Source: a virus
Direction: 5' to 3' (one strand)
Virus record (IMG/VR): IMGVR_UViG_3300028115_000004
Coordinates: 51,860 to 115,859 of that record
DNA: 64,000 nucleotides
Under the pieces are notes generated by a model. The model saw nothing but the letters and a program-made list of their open reading frames with translations, was not told the DNA's origin and ran no database searches. Shown here piece after piece: positions 27,777-36,759 of the stretch. How positions within the stretch are numbered: the first letter of the stretch is position 1; every line of letters begins with the position of its first letter. The position numbers and the translations under genes were made by a program.

Positions 27777-28469
27777 ATGAATACAAAAGACATCAAAAAA
27801 ATGATGGAGGCATATCTTGAGGTTGTCTCCGAGAAGAAACACGCTAAGGAGTCTAAAGAAGAATGTCCTAAGTGTGAAGGCGAAGGGTGCGATCACTGCG
27901 ATGGTAAAGGTTACCATGAAGTAGAAGAAGCCACCAAAAAAGAAAAGAAAGAACTTGATCCTGTAAACGACAAAGAGAACGACAAGCCGTTCGCAAAGCG
28001 TAAGGACAAGGACATCGACAATGACGGTGACGTAGACGGTTCTGACGAATACCTCCACAAGAAGCGTGCTGCAACCGACGATGCAATTGACGGTGGCGAC
28101 AAGCCTGCCGACGATGGCGGTGATGACGAAAAAGACGACAAGAAGAAAAAGACTTCTGCAAACGTCAAAGGTAAGACCGCTGAAATTTCTAAGATTGGTG
28201 AGAAGACAACGACTAAAGAAGACGTTGATGCACTTATCTCTGCAATGGAAGAAGCTGCAAACCCCAAGAAGGGTGCAACTCCTCCCGAAGGTTTGACCGA
28301 CAAAGAGTCTCCTAAGTCTAAGGAGTTCATGGCGAAACACACCGTGGACAAGAAAGACCATGACGAAATGGAGAAGATCGAAGAACCTAAAGAACGTAAA
28401 GTGAAGAAAGAGATGAAGGAATTCGAAGTTATTCGTGCACTTCTCTCTGGTAATCCCACAGGAGAATAA
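27777..28469 (+). CDS. Charged low-complexity protein (prohead core/internal-protein-like)
   Basis: K/D/E-rich; CPKC..CDHC; DIDNDGDVDGSDEYL. Confidence 0.6.
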   Translation: MNTKDIKKMMEAYLEVVSEKKHAKESKEECPKCEGEGCDHCDGKGYHEVEEATKKEKKELDPVNDKENDKPFAKRKDKDIDNDGDVDGSDEYLHKKRAATDDAIDGGDKPADDGGDDEKDDKKKKTSANVKGKTAEISKIGEKTTTKEDVDALISAMEEAANPKKGATPPEGLTDKESPKSKEFMAKHTVDKKDHDEMEKIEEPKERKVKKEMKEFEVIRALLSGNPTGE

Positions 28470-28470
28470 T

Positions 28471-28773
28471 ATGTCATTGACACCTCCCACATGGTGTTCG
28501 GATGCAGTACCCACTCGTAAAGGGTGGGTCGATCCTAGAACTGGTGAGCTATTAAAGGCACAACGCATTTCAGACGTTGATCTACAGGAGACACGTGATA
28601 TGGTTAACGAACAAGTGGTACACTCAGCACCTCAGATGTTGCATGAAGCGCCTGTAGGTAATAAGAGTTTAGAGGATATGACCAAGGCAGAATTGATTGC
28701 CTTGGCAGAACAGACTGGTGTTATGGTAAGTCGTTCGGATACGAAAGGTGTGTTGGTGGAGAAACTTTCGTAA
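28471..28773 (+). CDS. Hypothetical protein with C-terminal HeH/Rho-N-like motif
   Basis: LEDMTKAELIALAE...TKGVLVEKL. Confidence 0.55.
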   Translation: MSLTPPTWCSDAVPTRKGWVDPRTGELLKAQRISDVDLQETRDMVNEQVVHSAPQMLHEAPVGNKSLEDMTKAELIALAEQTGVMVSRSDTKGVLVEKLS

Positions 28774-28823
28774 TTATCCTATATAAAGGGGTAAACTAGG
28801 TATTTTATCCCTTAAGGTATATA

Positions 28824-29192
28824 ATGGAAATCACACAAAAGAATTTAATGATCTTCGCTGCGAAGCATTACTACACACCCAAGTGTATCGACAGTGAACA
28901 GTTTTTTGAAGACCTGAAACGATTCAAGTATGTCAAACGACTTTTGAACCGTTACAGAGAAAGTGGAGAACTCAGTGAGAGGTTGATTCTGAACCATCTC
29001 ATAGTTATCTTCAACGTGTTCGGTTATCCCGCTGGACTGAAGATACTTGAGTTCAAAGTACAAGAAGAAGAACACTGGGGAGTACTGAAACCGTTTCTGA
29101 TATTTCTAAAAGCCATCGACGAATATGGTTATCCTGAAGTAGAAATGGACGGACTCGCAGTCGAACGGTTAAGAGAGATCAAAGGACAATAA
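28824..29192 (+). CDS. Conserved T4-like hypothetical protein
   Basis: FFEDLKRFKYVKRLL, RLILNHLIVIFNVFG. Confidence 0.7.
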   Translation: MEITQKNLMIFAAKHYYTPKCIDSEQFFEDLKRFKYVKRLLNRYRESGELSERLILNHLIVIFNVFGYPAGLKILEFKVQEEEHWGVLKPFLIFLKAIDEYGYPEVEMDGLAVERLREIKGQ

Positions 29193-29193
29193 T

Positions 29194-29787
29194 ATGGGAT
29201 TGCTTAAAAGTGCTGCGGATGTTGTCTACACGATCCGATTTCTAAAACTTCTTGTAACACCAATAGAAGACACCGAAGCATACAAGTTAGGTATCATCGA
29301 TGAGAAGGGTAAAAGACGCAAGGACTTCGACGACAACACAATGGAAAATCGTGAGGCCTTGCGAGACAACTACACTGCATTCCACAGACTTGTCTACAAC
29401 ATCAAGAAACTCATGGCAAAGGCGCCTGGCGGAAGTTCTCGCCTCGCATCCTATGCAGCTGCGTTATACCTTATCAAGGAACACGGAAACCTAGACGACA
29501 AGGGTCTAGAGAAAATCCATAAACAAACAGGCATCGATAGTCTTGACATGCTCGCTGAGGAAACGAAGTGGTACATGTTGAGAAACGATGAACTGTCGCC
29601 TGGCGTCTACAGGATGAAGAATCCTACGATGACCGCAAACTATGCCGATGTGGTCGAGTCAGGTGATCAAGTGAGAATCGTTGACGGTAATCCGATCAAC
29701 GAAGTTTTTGGAATAAAAATCTATCAGGCATCCCATCTGAAGTCTCAACAAAGTCTATATATTACTACCGGAGAAATAACGAAGTGA
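29194..29787 (+). CDS. Conserved T4-like hypothetical protein
   Basis: YTIRFLKLLVTP..TEAYKLGIIDEKG, YTAFHRLVYNIKK. Confidence 0.7.
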   Translation: MGLLKSAADVVYTIRFLKLLVTPIEDTEAYKLGIIDEKGKRRKDFDDNTMENREALRDNYTAFHRLVYNIKKLMAKAPGGSSRLASYAAALYLIKEHGNLDDKGLEKIHKQTGIDSLDMLAEETKWYMLRNDELSPGVYRMKNPTMTANYADVVESGDQVRIVDGNPINEVFGIKIYQASHLKSQQSLYITTGEITK

Positions 29788-29990
29788 AGTCTTTCAGTAA
29801 GTTCTACGAAGAAATGACTGGAACCAGTGCCGTACCTGGCGCTGGAGATGACTCTTCTACCGTTGTTGTTCGGAAGAAGCCTGCTGTCCGCAAGAGAAAA
29901 GAGTGGTCAGACAAGTATAAGAAATCTATAGACTGTGACAGCCCTAAAGGGTTTAGTCAGAAAGCACACTGTGCTGGGAGAGACAAATGA
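29784..29990 (+). CDS. Small protein with capsid-targeting-like N-terminus
   Basis: MKSFSKFYEE; WSDKYKKSIDC..PKGFSQKAHCAGR. Confidence 0.55.
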   Translation: MKSFSKFYEEMTGTSAVPGAGDDSSTVVVRKKPAVRKRKEWSDKYKKSIDCDSPKGFSQKAHCAGRDK

Positions 29991-30023
29991 CAACACTCAT
30001 TCATCAAAACGACAATTCCCTTC

Positions 30024-30053
30024 TTGACATACCCGCTTTAACACTGTTATAAT
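30024..30053 (+). promoter_or_regulatory. sigma70-type promoter for the nrd operon
   Basis: TTGACA(30024) -18- TATAAT(30048) with an upstream TG. Confidence 0.7.
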
Positions 30054-30075
30054 TACTCCCACTTAAGGAGTAGTT

Positions 30076-30420
30076 ATGTCAACCCAAAACTTAGAATACG
30101 GTTATATCCTCGTTGTCTTCGACGGAGATGAGGACGTGTCTTGTATACATGAAATTCAAGACAAACATGAAAAAGATAAGTTAATTTACGTGGCCCGAAA
30201 GGGCACAACAGATAAATACCTCCACCCCGATAGATTCGTGGTGGAGAATTATGAGACCCCGATGACTTCTCACTTTCTATGGAATGGGAAAATCCTACCA
30301 GAAGAAGAGGATGAGTACATACTTGAGTTAGCTCTCAAGTTTCGTGACACCGGAAAACAAATCTACATAGAAGAGTATGAGTTCAATTCTTCAGAACCCT
30401 TCTATGACTACAGCAAATAA
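30076..30420 (+). CDS. Hypothetical acidic protein
   Basis: AAGGAG RBS, 114 aa. Confidence 0.65.
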   Translation: MSTQNLEYGYILVVFDGDEDVSCIHEIQDKHEKDKLIYVARKGTTDKYLHPDRFVVENYETPMTSHFLWNGKILPEEEDEYILELALKFRDTGKQIYIEEYEFNSSEPFYDYSK

Positions 30421-30432
30421 TATGGGACAACA

Positions 30433-32418
30433 ATGATTAAGATTGATAAGAGCAAGGATGCCCTACTCGCAGACTATGCGGTGGGCATGTTAAAGGATTT
30501 TTACCTCAACGAACATGAGAATAGTCCCCAAGAGGGATACAGACGTGCGGCAACCGCATGGTCGAGATATAAGGATGAACTTGATGAAGACCTCGCACAG
30601 CGTCTTTATGACTATGTTAGTAATAAGTGGTTTATGTTTGCTTCTCCAGTATTATCTAACGCACCGAATGGACACGGCAAAGGAAAGGGAATGCCCATTT
30701 CTTGTTTCCTTACATACGTCCCTGATACTTTGGAAGGTCTCATTGACCATAGTTCTGAGTTACGTTGGCTTAGTGTTTATGGCGGGGGTGTCGGGGGTCA
30801 TTGGTCTGACGTGCGAACCGTGTCTGACATTGCTCCAGGCCCAATTCCGTTTCTACACACCGTAGACGCAGACATGATTGCGTACCGACAGGGTAAGACT
30901 CGTAAGGGTTCTTACGCTGCGTACATGGACGTGTCTCATCCAGATATTGTAGAGTTTCTTAACATCCGTATTCCTACGGGGGACGTGCAACGTAAGGCAT
31001 TGAACCTCCACAACGCAATCAACATCACCGATGAGTTCATGACTGCGGTGACAGAGAATAAAGATTTTGATCTGCGTGACCCCAAGGGCGGTAAGGTTAA
31101 GGAAAGTATTAACGCACGTAAACTCTGGGAACGTATTATTGAAGTTCGATTCCGTACAGGTGAACCATACCTGAACTTTATCGATACTGCCAACCATGCG
31201 TTACCTCAAAAATTGAAAGACTTGGGTCTAAAGATTCATGGGTCTAATCTGTGTAATGAAATTCATTTACCGACAGGCCCTGATCGTACCGCCGTTTGTT
31301 GTCTGTCCTCATTAAATCTAGAGTACTACGATGAATGGAAAGATACGACTATTGTCCGTGATCTTGTGCGTATGCTCGATAACGTCTTGCAGTACTTTAT
31401 CGACGAAGCACCGGACACGATCACCCGTGCTAAGTATAGCGCAATGCGAGAACGTTCCATTGGTTTGGGCGCAATGGGATTCCACTCTCTCCTCCAAAAA
31501 CATGGGGTGGCTTGGGAATCTTCTACAGCAGTTGAAATCAACACCGTGGTGTTTAACCATATCAAACAAGAAGCAGTACGAGAAACCGAAGCCCTTGCAA
31601 TTGAAAGGGGAGAGTATCCCGATGGAGAAGGAACGGGTAGACGCAACTCACACTTGCTTGCTATCGCCCCCAATGCGTCCAGTGGTGTTATCCTGTCCAC
31701 CTCGCCCTCTATCGAACCCATGAAGGCAAATGCGTATACGCATCGAACCCGATCAGGAAGTTTCTTGGTAAAAAACAAACATTTGAAACAATTACTTACC
31801 GAACGGGAAATGGACAATGACTCTACTTGGACATCAATTATCACCAACAAGGGGTCGGTACAACATCTACCTTTCCTCACTGAAGGTGAGAAGGCGGTGT
31901 TCAAGACTGCACAGGAACTAGATCAGAATTGGGTGGTTACTCACGCTGCGGATAGACAACCTTACATTTGTCAGGGACAATCGGTAAATCTATTCTTCCC
32001 CTCTGGTGCATCCAAGTCTTATGTCAACAAGGTACACTTGAGGGCATGGAGAGATGGATTGAAGGGACTGTACTATCTACGTACCGAAGCGAAGTCTCGT
32101 GCAGAGAACGTATCGGAGAAGGTGGAACGAGTCGCACTTCAGGATGACAACCGTAGTATTGTCTATGGTAAAAAGAACTGTCCCTATTGCCAACTGGCGA
32201 AGGATGAGTTAACATTGCGAGGCATTCCGTTCGATTACATCGATCTGGAAGAACTTGGTAAGACGGCTGCAGAAGTGACTGGTCGTAAGGTCAAGTCTGT
32301 ACCGCAAATTTACATCGAAGGTAATTACATTGGTGGGTATGATGAACTCATTGCGTTCATGAACAAAACCATTTTAGACACTTCAGAAGATAATGAATGT
32401 AGAGCCTGCGAGGGTTAA
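30433..32418 (+). CDS. nrdA: Class Ia ribonucleotide reductase alpha subunit with fused glutaredoxin domain
   Basis: ASPVLSN, ISCF, GSNLCNEI, AIAPNASS, GLYY; Grx YGKKNCPYC..VPQIYI..IGGYD; terminal CRACEG. Confidence 0.95.
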   Translation: MIKIDKSKDALLADYAVGMLKDFYLNEHENSPQEGYRRAATAWSRYKDELDEDLAQRLYDYVSNKWFMFASPVLSNAPNGHGKGKGMPISCFLTYVPDTLEGLIDHSSELRWLSVYGGGVGGHWSDVRTVSDIAPGPIPFLHTVDADMIAYRQGKTRKGSYAAYMDVSHPDIVEFLNIRIPTGDVQRKALNLHNAINITDEFMTAVTENKDFDLRDPKGGKVKESINARKLWERIIEVRFRTGEPYLNFIDTANHALPQKLKDLGLKIHGSNLCNEIHLPTGPDRTAVCCLSSLNLEYYDEWKDTTIVRDLVRMLDNVLQYFIDEAPDTITRAKYSAMRERSIGLGAMGFHSLLQKHGVAWESSTAVEINTVVFNHIKQEAVRETEALAIERGEYPDGEGTGRRNSHLLAIAPNASSGVILSTSPSIEPMKANAYTHRTRSGSFLVKNKHLKQLLTEREMDNDSTWTSIITNKGSVQHLPFLTEGEKAVFKTAQELDQNWVVTHAADRQPYICQGQSVNLFFPSGASKSYVNKVHLRAWRDGLKGLYYLRTEAKSRAENVSEKVERVALQDDNRSIVYGKKNCPYCQLAKDELTLRGIPFDYIDLEELGKTAAEVTGRKVKSVPQIYIEGNYIGGYDELIAFMNKTILDTSEDNECRACEG

Positions 32419-32428
32419 GGAGAATAAA

Positions 32429-33424
32429 TTGTCGTTGTTAGATTTTAGCACAACATACAAACCGTTCAAGTACCCTTGGGCGGTAGAACTATCGAAGAAA
32501 CACGAAGAGATTCATTGGATCGAAGATGAGGCAGAACTGTCCGAAGACGTACAGGACTGGCGAACCAAACTGACCGCTGATGAGAAAGAGTTCATCACTC
32601 AGGTACTCCGTCTGTTTACTCAGTCGGACGTACAGGTGGGTGAGAACTATCATGAGTTGTTGATTCCTAAGTTTAAGAATAACGAGGTACGCAACATGTT
32701 GTCCTCGTTTGCCGGTCGAGAGGCCGTGCACCAACGTGCGTATGCACTGTTGAATGATACCCTTGGTCTACCCGATGAAGAGTATCACAAATTCCTTGAG
32801 TACAAGGAGATGGCTGACAAGGTTGAATTCATGAAAGAGGGTGACACATCCTCACATACGGGTCTTGCCCTTGCACTTGCACAGTCTGTGTTTAACGAGG
32901 GTATGAGTCTGTTCTCTTCCTTTGTGATGCTTCTCAACTTCCAACGTTTCGGTAAGATGAAGGGTATGGGTACAATCGTTGAGTGGTCTATCCGAGATGA
33001 GTCAATGCACGTTCAAGGCAATGCTAAACTGTTTCGAGCATTTTGCGAAGAACATCCTCGTATCGTCAATGACGAACTCAAGTCTAAGATTTACGAGATG
33101 GCCAAGACTGCAGTTGAATTGGAAGACAAGTTTATCAATCTTGCGTTCAAGGGTAATGAAGTACAGGGTCTCACTAAAGAAGAAGTACGCAAGTACATTC
33201 GACACATTGCTGACAGACGTTTGCTTCAACTTGGTATGAAAACAAAATTCCGTCAGAAGGACAATCCACTACCATGGCTGGATTGGGTACTGAACGGTGC
33301 ATCACATGACAACTTCTTCGAAAAACGAGTCACTGAATATTCCGTAGTGGGTATGGAAGGAGACTGGGGTTGGGAAGAAGAACCTGAAGTCTGTGGACTA
33401 GACGGAAGAGGTTGCGCTGCATGA
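32429..33424 (+). CDS. nrdB: Ribonucleotide reductase beta subunit
   Basis: HWIEDE, FTQSD, EAVHQRAY, RDESMH, NFFEKRVTEY; TTG start after GGAG. Confidence 0.95.
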   Translation: MSLLDFSTTYKPFKYPWAVELSKKHEEIHWIEDEAELSEDVQDWRTKLTADEKEFITQVLRLFTQSDVQVGENYHELLIPKFKNNEVRNMLSSFAGREAVHQRAYALLNDTLGLPDEEYHKFLEYKEMADKVEFMKEGDTSSHTGLALALAQSVFNEGMSLFSSFVMLLNFQRFGKMKGMGTIVEWSIRDESMHVQGNAKLFRAFCEEHPRIVNDELKSKIYEMAKTAVELEDKFINLAFKGNEVQGLTKEEVRKYIRHIADRRLLQLGMKTKFRQKDNPLPWLDWVLNGASHDNFFEKRVTEYSVVGMEGDWGWEEEPEVCGLDGRGCAA

Positions 33425-33576
33425 CAGAACAGTTTTACTACGAAATGGAATGTGTTGTTTGCGACACGGTGGTGAAGCTGATTTGTAACTACGAAGATGA
33501 TGATCCAATCCATTGCCCTATGTGTGGTACAGAGGCAGAGGTTACCTACTTAGGAGATAGTGACGCATATACATAA
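33421..33576 (+). CDS. Small zinc-ribbon protein (51 aa, not in ORF track)
   Basis: Translated by hand: MTEQFYYEMECVVC...HCPMCG...; ATGA overlap with nrdB. Confidence 0.7.
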   Translation: MTEQFYYEMECVVCDTVVKLICNYEDDDPIHCPMCGTEAEVTYLGDSDAYT

Positions 33577-33580
33577 GTGT

Positions 33581-34009
33581 ATGTGGAACTATAGAAACCT
33601 ACCATTCGAACCAAGCGAAGACGAACTCAGCGAATACGTTGGGTTCGTCTATTGCATTACAGAACTAGACACCGGCAAGAAATACATCGGTAAGAAGTTC
33701 TTCTGGTCTACTCGCAAACTCCCTCCCCTTAAGGGCCAGAAACGCAAGCGCACAGTCAAGAAACAGTCTGACTGGAAAGACTACTACGGTTCTTCAGAAC
33801 AATTAAAACTTCTTGTGGAAACAAAGGGCGGTGACGCATATCACCGTGAGATACTTCGTCTCTGCAAAACCAAAGGTGAGTGTTCGTACTACGAAGCGAA
33901 AGAACAATTTGATCGTGATGTCTTGTTATCAGATCGATACTACAATGAGTTTATAGGATGTAAGATTCATGCGAAACATATTAAGGAGAAGTTAATTGAT
34001 AACACGTAA
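33581..34009 (+). CDS. GIY-YIG endonuclease
   Basis: GFVY...KKYIGKK, YYGSS, YYEAK, YYN. Confidence 0.8.
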   Translation: MWNYRNLPFEPSEDELSEYVGFVYCITELDTGKKYIGKKFFWSTRKLPPLKGQKRKRTVKKQSDWKDYYGSSEQLKLLVETKGGDAYHREILRLCKTKGECSYYEAKEQFDRDVLLSDRYYNEFIGCKIHAKHIKEKLIDNT

Positions 34010-35216
34010 AATTATTAATCCTAATATCCTGTATGATACAAAGTATACAGCGGATCACATCTATTCTTTGATCAACCGTTGGAAACAACTGTTGTATCGT
34101 AACAAGGCACAGAAGGGTGACCTTGTTGCTATCGGTATTCTTAACGTCAACGTGTGGCACGTCTCCGCACTTATCGCCTGTGCAGAGTTGGGTCTGCGAG
34201 TTATACTATTGGACGCCCCTGCGAAAAAGGAGACATTACCCTTCACCAAACTCGCCAGGCACGGGCCTGCGAGGTTTTACATTGACGATGGTAGTGGACG
34301 TACCCTCTACGATGGACTACACCAACTCATGCTCAGTCGATATGGTGGTATGCAACTCACCTGTCAGATGGCCGCAAACTGGGATGATACAGATATCCAA
34401 CCTTGGGAAATAGAACCATATACACCTTTCCTTGTTTCTAGTACAAGTGGTTCAACTTCATTCTCCCAACCGATTCAGTTCACCCATAAAGAGGTTGCGG
34501 AAATTTCGGAACGTAACATCGGAATATTCGGATTCGAACCTGAGAGTGTGGTTCTGCACACCAAGAACATGCACCATGCGAGTGCCATGTTGACTGACCT
34601 GTTGCCCTCTCTCATGGTGTCGGAGAAACATTACTCCTATACCCTTGCGGATCGCAACGACTGGCATCCCATCACGGCTGTGGCATTCCACAAGATGATT
34701 GATGCTCATGGTGTCGATAGGATGATTGTACCTAATGTAGATGTCCTGAACTGGTTATTGGAAGACGCCCCTCCGTTTAGAAAGACTGTACGGATGAACA
34801 TGTCTGGATTCTGTCTGGGGCCTATGTTCAACGATCTCTGTCGGAAACACAACATAGAGTTCCTGCAACACTATGGGTCTATCGATACTGCGATTCCCCT
34901 CATGACTAGACTGGTCACTGCGGACTCAGAACCCGAAGATGATTGTCTGGGAACCTTGCCAGATGACCAGTGGGATGTTACAATGAGTGAAACCTCTAGG
35001 TACTTAATGGTACGAGTTCGGGGTAGAGAACAGTGGAAGAACATAGGAGATATTGTGAAGTTCCGAAATGAGAAGTATTACCATTTAGGAAGGACTAGCG
35101 AGAGTCCCTTGGATATTCCGGAAGACCTTGATTTGACTCCATTTTTTCAGGATACCAAGTTGAACATGGATCAACTGCGGGCCTACATCCACCTAAAAAA
35201 AGTTGAAAAAAGTTAA
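33996..35216 (+). CDS. Divergent ANL/AMP-binding-fold protein
   Basis: KGDLVAI...ACAELG, SSTSGST (A3 P-loop), FTHKE, HYGSIDT (A5), IGD..YYHLGR (A7/A8). Confidence 0.65.
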   Translation: MITRKIINPNILYDTKYTADHIYSLINRWKQLLYRNKAQKGDLVAIGILNVNVWHVSALIACAELGLRVILLDAPAKKETLPFTKLARHGPARFYIDDGSGRTLYDGLHQLMLSRYGGMQLTCQMAANWDDTDIQPWEIEPYTPFLVSSTSGSTSFSQPIQFTHKEVAEISERNIGIFGFEPESVVLHTKNMHHASAMLTDLLPSLMVSEKHYSYTLADRNDWHPITAVAFHKMIDAHGVDRMIVPNVDVLNWLLEDAPPFRKTVRMNMSGFCLGPMFNDLCRKHNIEFLQHYGSIDTAIPLMTRLVTADSEPEDDCLGTLPDDQWDVTMSETSRYLMVRVRGREQWKNIGDIVKFRNEKYYHLGRTSESPLDIPEDLDLTPFFQDTKLNMDQLRAYIHLKKVEKS

Positions 35217-35265
35217 AAAAAACGCTTGACATTAGCCCCAACCTATGCGATAATTACCCTGTAAT
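35216..35265 (+). promoter_or_regulatory. Early promoter with A-tract and conserved leader
   Basis: AAAAAAACGC TTGACA(35226) -17- GATAAT(35249) TACCCTGTAAT. Confidence 0.75.
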
Positions 35266-35294
35266 GTTGTTTTGAGATAGAGGATTAGGAGGTC

Positions 35295-35435
35295 ATGAAA
35301 GATTTAGTTTACTACTTGAAGGTCGAAAATGAGATACTCTACGAGTTAGTCTTCGAAAGTGAAGAGGCTGCAATAGAGTTCGCTGAAAAGAGTGCCTACA
35401 AGGATTACGAAGTTGTGGAGTGGGATTGTGCCTAG
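35295..35435 (+). CDS. Small early protein (46 aa, not in track)
   Basis: AGGAGG RBS; MKDLVYYLKVENEILYELVFESEEAA... Confidence 0.65.
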   Translation: MKDLVYYLKVENEILYELVFESEEAAIEFAEKSAYKDYEVVEWDCA

Positions 35436-35613
35436 AGAGAAGAAAGAGTACTATATCGCATTGGTTAGTATCTCACCGTACTATGAGAAGATTCTGACTG
35501 ATAAGAAATACACGTTCAGTGAGTTTGTTGACGTTGGTCGGGACTTATTGAAACAAGAAGAGTACGAAGGTTTTGATACCTTCAGAGTCTACCATAAGGA
35601 TGAGTTACCGTAA
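35428..35613 (+). CDS. Small hypothetical protein
   Basis: Tiles between its neighbours. Confidence 0.5.
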   Translation: MPREKKEYYIALVSISPYYEKILTDKKYTFSEFVDVGRDLLKQEEYEGFDTFRVYHKDELP

Positions 35614-35882
35614 TGATTAGGATTGCATTGGGTTTTTTGATTACGTTGGGTGCGGTAGGTCGAGAGGACTTCTATTCTGAGTGTCTCATGGCCACAGACT
35701 GTGTGGCTGGTGACCCTCCCCATTTGGTCGTGACTGCACTGATTGCCCTGTTTGGATTGGGTCTCACGTTCTGGGGTGTCTGGGACAACCGTGACAAATT
35801 TGACGAAATGGCTGATATGGAGATGCCCCTACACCTACGAAAAGGTTATAAGAAAGGCGCCACTAAGAACAAAAAAATCTAA
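35613..35882 (+). CDS. Small 2-TM membrane protein
   Basis: Two hydrophobic helices with a Cys pair between them. Confidence 0.6.
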   Translation: MIRIALGFLITLGAVGREDFYSECLMATDCVAGDPPHLVVTALIALFGLGLTFWGVWDNRDKFDEMADMEMPLHLRKGYKKGATKNKKI

Positions 35883-35951
35883 AAAAAAGTGAAAAAAAGT
35901 GTTGCCTTCCTCGCCCCATATGATATAATTACTACGTAAATTGATGAGAGG
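35881..35951 (+). promoter_or_regulatory. Early promoter with phased A-tracts and conserved leader
   Basis: AAAAAAAAGTGAAAAAAAGTG TTGCCT(35902) ... TGA TATAAT(35924) TACTACGTAAATTGATGAGAGG. Confidence 0.7.
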
Positions 35952-35959
35952 ACTTGATT

Positions 35960-36508
35960 ATGAATGATTTGATTGCAAAGTTTGAAGAACGTGGTTACAA
36001 GTTGATCGTTGACGCAGAGCGTCCGGTTGCTAGGTGCGAACGTCCTGCCCCCCGTGCTCGTCTTGGTTACAAGATTGAGTTCAACTACCGCTTCGCTAAC
36101 GAGGCACGAAGGATCCAGTACTGTGAGGAGTTCCTCGCTAACCTTGACCTTGCTGCTGCCTACAAGGAAGAACGCAAGGCGAAACGTGCCGCTGAACGGA
36201 AAGATGCGGTTGCCAATGTCAAAGAGGGTGACCTCTATGTCGCTAGTTGGGGTTATGAACAGACTAACGTTGATGCCTATCAGGTAGTTGCGAAGAAGGG
36301 TGCTACTGTTACTCTGCGAGAGATTGCGCTTTTCACTGTCGAAGGTAGTGAAGGTTTCATGAGTGACCGTGTTGTCCCCGTCAAGGATCGATTCATCGGT
36401 GGTGAGTTCAAGAAGCGAGTCACTGGTAAGTACATCAATGTTGATGACGTTCGTATGGCTTGTCCTGCGGAAGAAGGTAATGAGTTTTACAGAAGCTGGT
36501 ACGCTTAA
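35960..36508 (+). CDS. Conserved phage hypothetical early protein
   Basis: VKEGDLYVASWGYEQTNVDAYQVV motif. Confidence 0.7.
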   Translation: MNDLIAKFEERGYKLIVDAERPVARCERPAPRARLGYKIEFNYRFANEARRIQYCEEFLANLDLAAAYKEERKAKRAAERKDAVANVKEGDLYVASWGYEQTNVDAYQVVAKKGATVTLREIALFTVEGSEGFMSDRVVPVKDRFIGGEFKKRVTGKYINVDDVRMACPAEEGNEFYRSWYA

Positions 36509-36519
36509 GGAGATATATT

Positions 36520-36759
36520 ATGATGTTTGTTGCGAAACCCAAAGTGTCTAACATGTTTGACGCAAAAGAATTTGACAATGTGCTCGATGCGGTTAACTAC
36601 CTCAACGAGTACAACGAACTCGGTAAGGAGTTCGCTGGTGATGACGGTAACTATGCCTCTAAGTTGAAGGCAGAGGATTGGGAGATGATCGGTAAGTTGA
36701 TCGCTCCCAAGGGAATCTACTTCCGTGATAACAAGGTGATGGGGAGGGTAGCGGCGTGA
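36520..36759 (+). CDS. Hypothetical protein
   Basis: AAGGAG RBS. Confidence 0.65.
   Translation: MMFVAKPKVSNMFDAKEFDNVLDAVNYLNEYNELGKEFAGDDGNYASKLKAEDWEMIGKLIAPKGIYFRDNKVMGRVAA

Noticed and set aside
27960-28150. GACGAC/GACAAG-rich quasi-repeats as a CRISPR array or tandem repeat
   Set aside because: They encode Asp/Lys-rich protein; no constant repeat-spacer periodicity
27738-28568. Long minus-strand ORFs (276 aa and 193 aa)
   Set aside because: Antisense shadows of the K/D/E-rich + strand gene; F/S/L-rich, no recognisable motifs
33581-34009. GIY-YIG gene as an intron-encoded homing endonuclease
   Set aside because: nrdA, nrdB and thyX frames are uninterrupted, and the protein is a short single domain without DNA-binding repeats
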